NCBI GenBank assembly: GCA_002862745.1
Contig: PKDX01000049.1
Span: 36,810-100,809 of the forward strand
DNA: 64,000 nucleotides
Reading direction: 5' to 3'
From: Bacteroidota bacterium
Lineage (GTDB): Bacteria; Bacteroidota; Bacteroidia; Chitinophagales; UBA8649
A program made the position numbers and the translations under genes. Below, piece by piece: positions 1 to 9,848 of this stretch (within the stretch, counting starts at the first letter, position 1; every line of letters starts with the position of its first letter). The notes below the pieces were generated by a model. That model did no database searches. It was not told the DNA's origin and saw only the letters and a list, made by a program, of their open reading frames with translations.

Positions 1-94
1 AATGGGAATAATCCATAAACCGTAAGGCCACTTTCGAATATCGAAATAGTGAAGCATACAATGAATTTACAAGGATTGAATTAACCAAGTCTTT

Positions 95-751
95 CTACTG
101 GCTCTTATGCGATCTAGGGAAAATGCCATGATGCAGTGGAGCGCCCCAGAAAGCATGCCGTAAATACCTACCAAGCAAGCGATATACTATGCCTGCAGAT
201 AGCAGCCCCAATAACATTCCTGCAAAAACATCATGATAAAAATGCATTAACAAGTACATCCGAGAAAAACCAATCAATAAGGCAATACAGAGCGCGATTC
301 CCTTGACTGCCTTTGACGCAGCGGATACAACTACAGAGAGCGCAATAGCAAAGGCTACGGCACTGTGTCCTGAGGGAAATGAAAAGTTTTCTGCCAGAGC
401 GAATCCCTCCACTCTGTGCCATGTTTCATAATCAAGCACAGCATGGGGTCTAAGCCGGTCAGAAAAAACAAAACGTTTCAAGGCTTGAGCAGAAAGGCCA
501 GCAACGGTAAAACTTATCAAGGATAATACAAAACCTCTTTTATTCACAAAAACTCCGATTAAGACGAAAAGAAAAATAATCAATGGGGCTTGAACGAGGC
601 GAGTAGACCACACCATAACAAGGTCTAACCAGGGAGTATGCATGCCATTAATACAACGCAGGATGAACGTGGCATTAATAAAGAGCAATCCATGGCCGGC
701 TAACAGACCGGCAAGAACAATCCAAAATCCGCGCCAATGAATCATCTTCAT
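95..751 (-). CDS. PAP2-family membrane phosphatase (phosphatidate / undecaprenyl-diphosphate phosphatase-like)
   Basis: 218-aa ORF with all three PAP2 signature blocks: KRFVFSDRLRP (KxxxxxxRP), PSGHS, SRMYLLMHFYHDV (SRxxxxxHxxxD). Several hydrophobic helices. 4-nt overlap with the upstream permease gene. Confidence 0.75.
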   Translation of the reverse strand: MKMIHWRGFWIVLAGLLAGHGLLFINATFILRCINGMHTPWLDLVMVWSTRLVQAPLIIFLFVLIGVFVNKRGFVLSLISFTVAGLSAQALKRFVFSDRLRPHAVLDYETWHRVEGFALAENFSFPSGHSAVAFAIALSVVVSAASKAVKGIALCIALLIGFSRMYLLMHFYHDVFAGMLLGLLSAGIVYRLLGRYLRHAFWGAPLHHGIFPRSHKSQ

Positions 752-2127
752 GAGGTAAAAATTCCACGATCATTTAAGGCACGAATAGCGAGATATAAAC
801 CAATAGGATACAGGATTATAGAGGGTAACCACATCGCAAGATGTGGGCTCAATACACCTTCTTCTGACATGTTTTCCGTAATCGAGGAAATAACCAAGTA
901 GATGACAAAAATCACGATGGAAACAATGAGGGCGTACCCAATTCCGCCACGCTTAAGGATGGCTCCTAGTGACCCGCCAAACAGGAAAAAAAGGAAACAA
1001 GCGGAGGCCATCGTATACTTTCTATGAATATCATTCCAATGGTTGGCGTACAGCCGTTTGCGGTAGTCCAACATGGGCAGATTGCGCATGTAATTGGAGT
1101 TGATTTGTCCAAGCCTAGTTTGCACAACACTTTTTATACCAAGCCATTGTTCAGGAGACAAATCAATTAGTTTCTTATAGAAGTCCTCCTTTGTGACTTC
1201 TTGTGAATGATTTTGGCTTTTGGGTACCATATAAATGACATTGCCATCAGATAAGTTTCGCTCTAGGCTATCTATAAACCTTACCTGCTGCTCGACAAGT
1301 TTTCGAGATTCCGCTAAGGTATGCACCCCTTTATGACGTTCTGTTTTGAATGATTCCTCATCGGTCTCCTGCATGGTAAATCCACCTAAATCAAAGGAGC
1401 GGATCATCGTATCAAACTCAGTTACACTATATTCTGTCGGTGTATTTAGAGCATATAAATCGGAATACTCTGAATAGATACTTCCACGAAAGAATTCCAA
1501 TTGCAAAATCGCCTGGTCGGAGGAAGTGGTGACCTTGGCTTCGTCCGCCACGATCATATACTGAATTTTCCGATCCTTGGTGTGGTCGTAGACGATTACC
1601 TGCCGTAATGTAGATCCATCGGGATCTTTACCTCCAATATATATAGTTATACCCTCAATGGCTTGATTAAAAGTCCGCTCATTAAACGATAGCGCTGGTC
1701 GCTTTTGACCAATGTCATACCTCAGCTGGTAAACCTTTTGAAAGGACTTTGGAATCAACGTATCGGCAAGAAAAAACGAGGAAAATCCCACTAAAATTGA
1801 GAGAAAGATCAAAGGGCGTATAAGCCTTAAATAGGAAATACCCGATGCTTTGGATGCCGTTATCTCATGATCCTCAGCCATACGTCCTATGACTAAAAGC
1901 GCCGATAACAAGACGGCTAAAGGAAGGGCTAATGGGAGTGTTTGAAGTGCAAAATGCATCATAAACTCCCCTAAAACCGACAACGGCAATCCTTTGCCAA
2001 TAAGCTCATTGGCATACTTCCAAAGGCCTTGCATTACCAAGACAAAGTCGGCTACAAAAAGAGATAAGATAAACGGTCCAGCGTACCGCTTGACGAGACT
2101 AGAATCTAGTGGATTAAGCCATAACAC
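748..2127 (-). CDS. LptF/LptG (YjgP/YjgQ) family LPS export permease
   Basis: 459-aa ORF. N-terminus LVKRYAGPFILSLFVADFVLVMQ, three N-terminal TM helices, a large central soluble domain and three C-terminal TM helices, as in the LptF/G family. Confidence 0.65.
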   Translation of the reverse strand: MLWLNPLDSSLVKRYAGPFILSLFVADFVLVMQGLWKYANELIGKGLPLSVLGEFMMHFALQTLPLALPLAVLLSALLVIGRMAEDHEITASKASGISYLRLIRPLIFLSILVGFSSFFLADTLIPKSFQKVYQLRYDIGQKRPALSFNERTFNQAIEGITIYIGGKDPDGSTLRQVIVYDHTKDRKIQYMIVADEAKVTTSSDQAILQLEFFRGSIYSEYSDLYALNTPTEYSVTEFDTMIRSFDLGGFTMQETDEESFKTERHKGVHTLAESRKLVEQQVRFIDSLERNLSDGNVIYMVPKSQNHSQEVTKEDFYKKLIDLSPEQWLGIKSVVQTRLGQINSNYMRNLPMLDYRKRLYANHWNDIHRKYTMASACFLFFLFGGSLGAILKRGGIGYALIVSIVIFVIYLVISSITENMSEEGVLSPHLAMWLPSIILYPIGLYLAIRALNDRGIFTS

Positions 2128-2139
2128 AATCCAATGCTG

Positions 2140-2517
2140 TTAGGCACCTATGCGTTTGGTCAGTTGCTCAAACTGACTGAGCCAAAGTTGCTTTTGATCT
2201 TCTACTTCATCATCTTCGGTGAAGTCAGTGAGGTATAACACTGTGTCATTACTAATTTCCGACTTAGCGATTTCAAAGGAAAAGTACTCATCCTTTTCTC
2301 CATCAACCCATACGTAGACCACCTTTTCAGGGTCAATGCCCTCAACGAGCTGCGCATCTTCAGTAGAGCCATCCCAGCCAAAAGTGTATATATCCTCGTT
2401 AATATCACAGGACTCACAAAACCATTGGGTTAAGCCTGATGGCGTAGTGAGGAAAGAATACAAAATGGATGGTGAACTCCGAATTTGGTATTCCAATGAA
2501 AATTTTGTGCGTGCCAT
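2140..2517 (-). CDS. START-like / SRPBCC (AHSA1-like) small protein
   Basis: ORF 2140-2547. The likely start is Met11 (MARTKFSLEY, ATG at 2517). Sequence FSLEYQIRSSPSILYSFLTTPSGLTQWF resembles START-like domain proteins. This is family recall only. Confidence 0.4.
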   Translation of the reverse strand: MARTKFSLEYQIRSSPSILYSFLTTPSGLTQWFCESCDINEDIYTFGWDGSTEDAQLVEGIDPEKVVYVWVDGEKDEYFSFEIAKSEISNDTVLYLTDFTEDDEVEDQKQLWLSQFEQLTKRIGA

Positions 2518-2619
2518 AGAGTGTATGTTACTAACCGTGATATACAAGATTAATTTGATTTAACAAAATCCTGCAAAGAAGATATCCCCAAAATGACGTG
2601 GATTGATGTCAATACTTGC

Positions 2620-2627
2620 TATATTTG
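2620..2627 (+). promoter_or_regulatory. candidate Bacteroidota -7 promoter box (TATATTTG) upstream of rpoD
   Basis: Exact match to TAnnTTTG about 75 nt upstream of the rpoD ATG. The only nearby TTG (2603-2605) is closer than the usual -33 spacing. Confidence 0.3.
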
Positions 2628-2705
2628 CGCATTATTGCAAGAAAAAGAAAACATCTTCTTGTTTTTTTCGTATTTACGGTTACAAATTGAATCTGTTCTA
2701 TGGGA

Positions 2706-3575
2706 ATGCGTCAGCTGAAAATCACGAAGTCGATTACGAATCGCGAAAGCCAATCACTCGAAAAATACCTTCAAGAAATCGGAAAGGTTGACCTTCTGAC
2801 TCCGGAAGACGAAGTAGACCTCGCACAGCGCATACGTCAGGGAGACCAAATTGCCCTAGAACGCCTTACCAAAGCCAACTTGAGATTCGTAGTTTCTGTT
2901 GCTAAGCAATACCAAAACCAAGGATTGTCTCTAAGCGATTTAATCAACGAAGGAAACTTGGGTTTGATCAAAGCTGCCCAGCGTTTTGATGAAACGCGTG
3001 GTTTCAAGTTTATCTCCTACGCAGTTTGGTGGATTCGTCAATCCATCTTGCAAGCACTAGCGGAACAATCAAGAATTGTGCGCCTTCCTTTGAATAAGGT
3101 AGGTTCACTTAATAAAATCAACAAGGCATTCTCTCAACTAGAACAAGAATTCGAACGTGAGCCAACACCAGAAGAACTAGCAGAAGTTCTTGAATTGCAT
3201 GCTCAGGAAATCGAAACCACAATGGGGGTAGCTGCAAGGCACGTATCGGTCGATGCACCCTTTGTAGACGGAGAAGATAACTCGCTTCTTGATGTCTTAG
3301 AAGATCATAATACAGATCGAACAGACGCTAAGTTGGAATACTTGGATTCTCTTCGTCGAGAAATCGAACGTTCTCTATCTACCCTATCCGAGCGTCAAAG
3401 TGATGTGGTCAAACTGTATTTCGGTATAGGAGTTGAACATCCAATGTCCTTAGAAGACATCGGTGCAGAATTTGATTTAACAAGAGAACGAGTGCGCCAG
3501 ATAAAAGATAAAGCAATCAATAAATTGCGTACGGCATCACGAAGCAAACTCTTGAAATCCTACCTTGGAGGATAA
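2706..3575 (+). CDS. rpoD: primary RNA polymerase sigma factor (sigma-70 family, Bacteroidota short form)
   Basis: [16 protein letters not shown]-terminus typical of Bacteroidota sigma-A. Region 2 [18 protein letters not shown] / [10 protein letters not shown] and region 4.2 [23 protein letters not shown]. An in-frame ATG at 2700 is an alternative start. Confidence 0.9.
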   Translation: MRQLKITKSITNRESQSLEKYLQEIGKVDLLTPEDEVDLAQRIRQGDQIALERLTKANLRFVVSVAKQYQNQGLSLSDLINEGNLGLIKAAQRFDETRGFKFISYAVWWIRQSILQALAEQSRIVRLPLNKVGSLNKINKAFSQLEQEFEREPTPEELAEVLELHAQEIETTMGVAARHVSVDAPFVDGEDNSLLDVLEDHNTDRTDAKLEYLDSLRREIERSLSTLSERQSDVVKLYFGIGVEHPMSLEDIGAEFDLTRERVRQIKDKAINKLRTASRSKLLKSYLGG

Positions 3576-3603
3576 ATCCACCCTTACCACGAATGCCCGA
3601 TTA

Positions 3604-4494
3604 ATGGGCGAAAACGGTTTCCCAGCGCATGACCTCCGCGCTACTAAAAAGTCTGCTGGTATGGGTTATAAAGGGAGAGAGTTCAGTTATGCCAGCCCAA
3701 AAGACCCCTGGTACAAAAAAGGTTTTATTCGTTTAATGGAATGGGTTGTTGGGAGGCCTTTTTTATATCGCATGTATCGCAAGCTAAACGATATGGAAGC
3801 TACCCCTCAAAACGTCTGGGGACATGGGCTCGACATCTTAGATATCAAAGTAAACTACGACGAGGACCAGCTTGACAAAATCCCTCCAAGTGGTCCGACC
3901 ATCGTTGTTGCCAACCATCCATTTGGCATAGCAGATGGAGGTATGCTTGGTCACCTTGTTACAAGAAAACGAGATGACTTCTTTATCCTTGTCAATGAAA
4001 TCATCAGCCGAGTTCCTCTACTAAAAGGCCATATGCTACCCGTAGAATTCTCACAAACCGAAGAGGGTAAAAAAATCAATCAAAACACTAAGGATCAAAC
4101 TACAAAAAGGCTAAATAATGGAGACTGCCTAATCATCTTTCCAGGAGGTGGAGTAGCCACACGCAGCAATCCATTTAAGCGAGACTCCCTATCGGAATAT
4201 AAGTGGAGATATTTTATTTGCAACCGAATACACGAGGCTAAATGCACTGTAGTTCCCATGTACTTTCATGGCGAAAACTCGTTTTGGTTCCATTTTGGAA
4301 GCTGGATTCATGTCAACTTGCGTATGTCTATGCTCCTCCGAGAACTAAAGAACAAACGCAATAAGACGCTGGACGTAACCATTGGTGATCCTATTCCTTA
4401 CAGCACTATGGAAGGGATTAAGGATAAAGTGGAATTAATCAACTTTATTGAGGCCCAGACCATGCGACTTAAAGATTTTCCACCAAAATCTTAA
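3604..4494 (+). CDS. lysophospholipid (PlsC-type) acyltransferase family protein, OlsA/GlsA-like
   Basis: HX4D acyltransferase motif NHPFGIADG and the FPGGG block. N-terminal SYASPKDPWYKKGFIRLMEW resembles O-acyltransferases of N-acyl amino-acid lipid pathways. The ORF-track start at 3565 is a TTG overlapping the rpoD stop; ATGs at 3604 or 3661 are more likely. Confidence 0.6.
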   Translation: MGENGFPAHDLRATKKSAGMGYKGREFSYASPKDPWYKKGFIRLMEWVVGRPFLYRMYRKLNDMEATPQNVWGHGLDILDIKVNYDEDQLDKIPPSGPTIVVANHPFGIADGGMLGHLVTRKRDDFFILVNEIISRVPLLKGHMLPVEFSQTEEGKKINQNTKDQTTKRLNNGDCLIIFPGGGVATRSNPFKRDSLSEYKWRYFICNRIHEAKCTVVPMYFHGENSFWFHFGSWIHVNLRMSMLLRELKNKRNKTLDVTIGDPIPYSTMEGIKDKVELINFIEAQTMRLKDFPPKS

Positions 4495-4547
4495 CCTGTG
4501 AGCAAACCACATTTAGATTGTGGTAAAGACTCTTACCTTCATAATCT

Positions 4548-5897
4548 ATGATCGAGTTTTTATCCCTTGTTCCATATTTTTTACTCCTTCCTGCAATCCT
4601 CATAGGCTTCTATTGGGGTAAGGCAGCCTCTACAAACCATTTAGGCAAAGAGGTTTCTGCATTACAAACTGAGAATACCCTACAGAAAACTTCGCTAAAA
4701 CAGTCTGAAGAAAAAACAGCGATCCTCGAACAGGATAAGCGACAAATTGAAGAAAAATTGTTTGAACTACAAGGACAAGTTGCTGCGCTTAAGGAAAAAA
4801 ACACTGTAAGTCTAGAAGAGCGGCAAAAGCAGGAGCAAGCCTTACAAGAAAAGTTTGAAAACTTAGCCAATCGAGTTTTCGAGCACAGCAGCAAGACCTT
4901 TGTTGCCCGGCAAAAGAGTGAAATGGACACCTTGCTTCTGCCCTTTAAAAAGGATATGGACACCTTTAAATCCCAGGTCGAAAAGTACAATGAAAACTTT
5001 CTTACATCCAATGCAGCGCTCGACCAAAAACTAAAGCATATCACCGAGTTAAACAATCGGATGCTAGAAGATGCTAAAAACCTTACTGAAGCATTAAAAG
5101 GAGATAAACAAAAACAAGGTGCATGGGGTGAAATGGTCCTTGAGCGCATTCTTGAGATGAGTGGTTTAGAAAAAGGTCGGGAATATGTAACCCAAGATTC
5201 TTATACCAATGAGGACCGCAGTCGTATGCGGCCTGATGTGGTGGTCAACCTACCTGATGGAAAACGGATCATTATTGACTCAAAAGTCTCGCTCACAGCA
5301 TATGAACGATATTATACCGTGGATGGTGATTCAGAGAAGGAAGTCCACCTCAAAAGCCATATTCAGTCCCTCAAAAATCATATTAAGTCGCTTGGGGACA
5401 AAGGCTATCAAAAACATGAAAGCCTAGACACCCTCGACTTTGTATTTATGTTTATCCCAATTGAAGGAGCATATAGCGTGGCCATAAGAGAAGACGATGG
5501 TTTATTGGATCTCGCTTTATCAAAAAATGTCATTTTAATGACGCCGTTAACCCTACTCTCTGCCCTGCGCACTGCAAACAATCTGTGGCGCATAGAAGAT
5601 CAGAATGCCAATGCTAAGGAGATTGCTCGACTTGCAGGTCGCATTTATGAAAAACTTGCATTGAGTCTAGAAGATTTGGTAACTATTGGGAAAAATCTAG
5701 ACAAATCCAAACAGGATTACGAGAACGTCATGGGACGATTGACGACCGGAAAGGGTAATCTTGTGCGAACCGCAGAAGAATTAAAAAAACTAGGTGCTGA
5801 TACAACCAAGACGATTGATCCAAAGATCATAGAAAAAGCAAATGATAGTAGTCTAGACTCGCCGAATACTCTATCCCTAGAAGACCCAAAAGACTGA
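4548..5897 (+). CDS. rmuC: DNA recombination protein RmuC
   Basis: N-terminal TM helix, long E/K/Q-rich coiled coil, and a C-terminal RmuC domain (GAWGEMVLERILE, DVVVNLPDGKRIIIDSK, FMFIPIEG). Confidence 0.85.
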   Translation: MIEFLSLVPYFLLLPAILIGFYWGKAASTNHLGKEVSALQTENTLQKTSLKQSEEKTAILEQDKRQIEEKLFELQGQVAALKEKNTVSLEERQKQEQALQEKFENLANRVFEHSSKTFVARQKSEMDTLLLPFKKDMDTFKSQVEKYNENFLTSNAALDQKLKHITELNNRMLEDAKNLTEALKGDKQKQGAWGEMVLERILEMSGLEKGREYVTQDSYTNEDRSRMRPDVVVNLPDGKRIIIDSKVSLTAYERYYTVDGDSEKEVHLKSHIQSLKNHIKSLGDKGYQKHESLDTLDFVFMFIPIEGAYSVAIREDDGLLDLALSKNVILMTPLTLLSALRTANNLWRIEDQNANAKEIARLAGRIYEKLALSLEDLVTIGKNLDKSKQDYENVMGRLTTGKGNLVRTAEELKKLGADTTKTIDPKIIEKANDSSLDSPNTLSLEDPKD

Positions 5898-5899
5898 TT

Positions 5900-6415
5900 T
5901 TACGGAATTGATTTGAAGTATGATGATAGGGCTTTATCATCTGCTTGGGTGGCTTTCCATAATTCAATTTCACCTTTGGGGTTAATCACCATAAACCGCG
6001 GTATCCACGTTAGGCCAATATATTGCCCAAGTTCGCCTTTCATTCCTTCTGGAAGATAAAGGTGATCCCCCTGTAGATTGTACGTTTCGATGGCATCAAG
6101 CCATCGGCTGCGTTCTTGGTCTACATTGACGTAAAGGAAAACCACGTTTTGTGGGTTGTTTGCCTTATAGTCCTTTAAGTATGGAAAACTCTCTATGCAG
6201 TCTCCACACCAACTCGCCCAGAAGTCAATTAAAACCGTTTGACCCTTGTAACGTGTGAGCACATCTCGAAGAGTTATTTCTTCTCCGCCGATTTCTTCCA
6301 TCGTAACATCAGGAATGGTAGCATCCTCGTCAAATGATGTCTTGGGCTGACTGCATCCGACCTGACAAGTCACTAGGACCATTAGACATACCAAGAAGTT
6401 CAAGGCTTTTTTCAT
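5900..6415 (-). CDS. TlpA-like thiol:disulfide oxidoreductase lipoprotein (thioredoxin fold)
   Basis: WASWCGDC (CxxC) active site and a lipoprotein-type signal MKKALNFLVCLMVLVTCQVGC. Start set to the ATG at 6415 (ORF track 6445), which leaves a 19-nt gap to the upstream gene. Confidence 0.7.
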   Translation of the reverse strand: MKKALNFLVCLMVLVTCQVGCSQPKTSFDEDATIPDVTMEEIGGEEITLRDVLTRYKGQTVLIDFWASWCGDCIESFPYLKDYKANNPQNVVFLYVNVDQERSRWLDAIETYNLQGDHLYLPEGMKGELGQYIGLTWIPRFMVINPKGEIELWKATQADDKALSSYFKSIP

Positions 6416-6434
6416 CAACATAATTCGAATGGGA

Positions 6435-9047
6435 TTAGCGGGCAACTATAAAACGCTTAACAATCACTTCATCGATAGCCTTTACATAAAGCAGGTAGGT
6501 ACCGTCATGTAAGTCCCCTACACTAATCGTCGCTTGAGTTTGCCCTAATACTTTCAGTTTAACCTTATGCTGCTTTCCACTGATATCATACACTTCAAAT
6601 GCCTCAATCTCCTCGCCAGATACTGACCCTACACTTCGGTTAAAATAGATGTGAAGTACATCATTCGTTGGCACGGGGTAAACTGAAACCAAATTTTCCG
6701 CTTGACTTACTTCACCGATTGACGTAGCATCAAAATCGATAAAGCCTACGATTTCATTGTTCTGATTAACAATTAAGCCATCATTGAGCCCTATGACCAG
6801 TACACCACCTGTCGAATTGATATAGCTCATGAAATTCGATTGATTTTCTATGACGACTACCTCACCTGGGTTAAGAGAAATGGTGGTTTGTCCATTATTG
6901 ATAGCAACAATATCATCAGGTGTGGTAAGAATTGATCCAGCATCTATGGTTATGGTATCCAACACGTCAGCACTTCCATCATCATTACATGGAATAAGAA
7001 CCATCATACTGTCTCGACAGCCTAATGCATCGGTTACAAAGATTTCAAGCAAGCCCTCTCCCACGATAATGCCATTAGCGTTAGAGATTGAATTGCTATC
7101 TAGGAGCCAATCATATTGATAGGGCCCTACTCCTCCAGTGGATCCATTAATGGCTATAAATCCGTTTGTTTTACCACATTGGGGAGTATCCAAGGCATAG
7201 GAAATAGATATAGCGCTACAGACGATTTCCTCACAGGAAAGCTGGACATTTAGCGTGTCACGGCATCCCGAGTTATCAAAAATGATAAGTTCGTAATTCC
7301 CTGAATCCAATTGACCAAAATAGCCTGAAGTTGAGGGATCTCCGTTATTCAATGTATAAGTATATGGAGCGCTTCCACCGCTGACATTTGTCACACGTAA
7401 CGAATTAGAGGCCGTGCCGCAATAACCAATGGTAGAATCTAAGTCATAGACAAACGACGTGCAACTACTTCCTCCCTGACAATCTAAAAAAATGGATGTC
7501 GAGTCGAGGCAACCATTGACATCCGTAACCACAACCGTGTAAAATCCAGAGGCAACATTATTTAAAACTTGGCCGGTACTGCCATTGCTCCAAGCATAGG
7601 AGTAAGGAGGGCTTCCTCCAGATACCCCCGTGATAGATATCGAACCATCCGCACTACCACAAGTTGCTACACTAGTCGAATAAGTCAGCGCCATAGAATC
7701 ACATGCGGTTGGACCTAAGACTTCTCCTCTTGCTATAACGACAACCACATCCTCATCAAAAGCAACATTGACTCCTGCTGCATCTACGACCGATCCAGAA
7801 TTTGCAAAACTTGGATGCTGAATAGACATAAACATAAACCGGTAATCGGGTGTAAAAGAGATTCCCGTCGGCTCGCAGCTATTGGGAGTATTAGCAAAAA
7901 TATCTATGGAAGGATTGGTCAAATCATTATGGCCTGCTCGCGCTACCCATACATTCCCTTCCCCACCATCTTGTGTGATATATAGGTTGCCGAGGTTGTC
8001 AAAGCAAAGGTTGTCAGGCTGTCCAAAGGACAACGAAGTTTGACCTGAGCCATGATTAATGGTATAGGATGAGTTCCCGACATAGGTTTCAAAATTTGCA
8101 ATGCTCAAGCCTAAGTCATCAAATCGATAAACCTTTCCATTGGTCGTAGAGGTAAAATATACTTGGCCTGTAATGGGATGAATCTCAACATCCTCCACTC
8201 GATTAAAATCAGCTGCTCCATTATTTCCTGCGAAACCCATCGTATTGTTGCATTCTGCTGGCGTTGAGTTGGGCACTTGTAACCAATCATAGTTGCCACT
8301 TCCTAAATCTCTTAAAACGTACAGGTTGCCGTTTCCTAAATTACCTTTTGACAACATGACTAACTTAAAGAGAAAGCCGTCTCCTTCGTCAGCCCCGGTG
8401 TATGCGACTAAACTATCTTGAGTAAAACATATATTCTCATGCTTACATCGACCCATAGACCAAATCTTGTCTGGCGTACCATCATTATTATAATCTATAA
8501 TGGTCTTGGTTACAGGATCAATCTCAACATTCCAACCAAAGGTCTGGTAGCCATCCTTGGTACACGTTGCCTCAGTATATTCTTCACTGGTAATATAGGT
8601 GCCCCAAGGAGAAACACCCCCTGAACAGTTACGAAGTGTACCCGAAGATCCGACCCCACTACACCCATAGTAGCTAAAATCTACCTGCTGAGAGCTTGTG
8701 GTCTCCCACAGATTACTCGTTGGATTAAAGGAAAGATCAAAGAAAACTACTTGACCTGGGTCACCTATTCCAAAGATTTGCGGGCCTCCTTCAGAGTTTA
8801 CTCCAAGGTATCCAGTAGTAGAACTTCCATTGGCTGATATAAAACTTGTAAAATCCAAGTTGGGCCCAACGCTACTTCCATCGGTCATGGTTATACCCCG
8901 ACGTACGACTTGTTGCCAAACATGCGTGCTGGGAATATCTAAGAAGTCATCTTGATTTTCCGGAGGTACTGATGTCCACTCAGAAAAATGCTGAGCCGAT
9001 GCAATTGAAGTGCATAGAAGTGCGATGATTAGGAGTAGAATTCTCAT
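6435..9047 (-). CDS. secreted DUF839/PhoX-like beta-propeller protein with three SprB-type repeats and a T9SS C-terminal sorting domain
   Basis: Signal peptide MRILLLIIALLCTSIASAQ. DUF839/PhoX-like blocks NCSGGVSPWGTYITSEEY, FNRVEDVEIHPITGQVYF, QPDNLCFDNLGNLYITQDGG, EPTGISFTPDYRFMFMSIQHP. Three Cys-framed repeats of about 80 aa. C-terminus VYPVPTNDVLHIYF...LLYVKAIDEVIVKRFIVAR typical of T9SS CTDs. Confidence 0.7.
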   Translation of the reverse strand: MRILLLIIALLCTSIASAQHFSEWTSVPPENQDDFLDIPSTHVWQQVVRRGITMTDGSSVGPNLDFTSFISANGSSTTGYLGVNSEGGPQIFGIGDPGQVVFFDLSFNPTSNLWETTSSQQVDFSYYGCSGVGSSGTLRNCSGGVSPWGTYITSEEYTEATCTKDGYQTFGWNVEIDPVTKTIIDYNNDGTPDKIWSMGRCKHENICFTQDSLVAYTGADEGDGFLFKLVMLSKGNLGNGNLYVLRDLGSGNYDWLQVPNSTPAECNNTMGFAGNNGAADFNRVEDVEIHPITGQVYFTSTTNGKVYRFDDLGLSIANFETYVGNSSYTINHGSGQTSLSFGQPDNLCFDNLGNLYITQDGGEGNVWVARAGHNDLTNPSIDIFANTPNSCEPTGISFTPDYRFMFMSIQHPSFANSGSVVDAAGVNVAFDEDVVVVIARGEVLGPTACDSMALTYSTSVATCGSADGSISITGVSGGSPPYSYAWSNGSTGQVLNNVASGFYTVVVTDVNGCLDSTSIFLDCQGGSSCTSFVYDLDSTIGYCGTASNSLRVTNVSGGSAPYTYTLNNGDPSTSGYFGQLDSGNYELIIFDNSGCRDTLNVQLSCEEIVCSAISISYALDTPQCGKTNGFIAINGSTGGVGPYQYDWLLDSNSISNANGIIVGEGLLEIFVTDALGCRDSMMVLIPCNDDGSADVLDTITIDAGSILTTPDDIVAINNGQTTISLNPGEVVVIENQSNFMSYINSTGGVLVIGLNDGLIVNQNNEIVGFIDFDATSIGEVSQAENLVSVYPVPTNDVLHIYFNRSVGSVSGEEIEAFEVYDISGKQHKVKLKVLGQTQATISVGDLHDGTYLLYVKAIDEVIVKRFIVAR
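6987..7703 (-). repeat. three tandem SprB-type protein repeats (coding-level repeat inside the 870-aa ORF)
   Basis: Residues about 449-687: C..CG.adGsI.itgvSGGspPYsY.w....g....l.sG.Y.v.v.D.nGC.ds....l.C occurs three times. Similarity is at protein level, not exact at DNA level. Confidence 0.6.
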
Positions 9048-9123
9048 ATTTTTTGATTCGCTGTTGTACTAAAGATACATTTTACGCCTTGGCTTAAGAA
9101 AGAATTCTAAAGGATACTAAACG

Positions 9124-9846
9124 TCATTTTCCTTGTTGCCAAAGCTTCCAAGAAGCCTTGGCTTGCCCCTGGAGCATGGTCATTCCATCAAGGGTTTTAG
9201 CACCTTGCTGCTCCACTGCTCTCAAAAAGGACGTCTTAACAGGATTATAGACCATATCAAATACTAGATGTTCCTGCCCTATAGACTCATAAGGAATCAA
9301 AGGACGTTGCTCTACATCAGGCCGCTGTCCCACAGGACTCGCATTGATGATCAATAAAAACTCCTGAATGACACGATGATCTAAATCAGCATAGCGCAGC
9401 GTATCCTCGTTCGATTGACTCCGAGATACAAAAGTTGGCCATATCTCCCAACTTCGGAGAACGTGAGCCGCTGCCCTTGCAGCACCTCCTGTGCCCAAAA
9501 TCAATGCCTTCGTGTGCCAAGTTGTAACGTGCGGAGACAACGTTTCCTCTATACCTTTTATGTCCGTATTGTAGCCCTTCCATCCTTTTGGGCAATGAAC
9601 AAGCGTATTGACTGCCCCAATCTCCTCTGCCTCAGGATCGAGTACATCGAGCAAGTCCATAATACTTGACTTATAGGGCATTGTTACATTGAAGCCATCA
9701 TAATCTTTCATTAAAAAAATAGAAACGTCCTCTAGGCTATTGCATGAGCATAAGGAATAACTCCCCTTCAAAGGCTCTAGTCTTTTGCTGAATAGGGATG
9801 GACTCATCGAATGCCCTATGTCTTTTCCCAAGAGGCCGAGCTTCAT
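9124..9846 (-). CDS. aroE: shikimate 5-dehydrogenase
   Basis: MKLGLLGKDIGHSMSPSLF N-terminus, NVTMPYK, GTGGAARA dinucleotide loop. Start set to the ATG at 9846, directly after the upstream gene stop at 9849; the ORF-track extension to 9930 overlaps that gene. Confidence 0.8.
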   Translation of the reverse strand: MKLGLLGKDIGHSMSPSLFSKRLEPLKGSYSLCSCNSLEDVSIFLMKDYDGFNVTMPYKSSIMDLLDVLDPEAEEIGAVNTLVHCPKGWKGYNTDIKGIEETLSPHVTTWHTKALILGTGGAARAAAHVLRSWEIWPTFVSRSQSNEDTLRYADLDHRVIQEFLLIINASPVGQRPDVEQRPLIPYESIGQEHLVFDMVYNPVKTSFLRAVEQQGAKTLDGMTMLQGQAKASWKLWQQGK

Positions 9847-9848
9847 CG

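Noticed and set aside
2655-2680. AAGAA-aacatc-TTCTT hairpin followed by GTTTTTTT in the rpoD leader, considered as an attenuator
   Set aside because: The stem is 5 bp and all A/T, with negligible stability, and there is no upstream plus-strand gene to terminate.
4610-5149. 179-aa ORF antisense to rmuC
   Set aside because: It is Ser/Phe/Cys/Leu-rich, the mirror image of the E/K/Q-rich coiled-coil codons of rmuC, which is a typical antisense artefact. It lies entirely within a well-supported gene.
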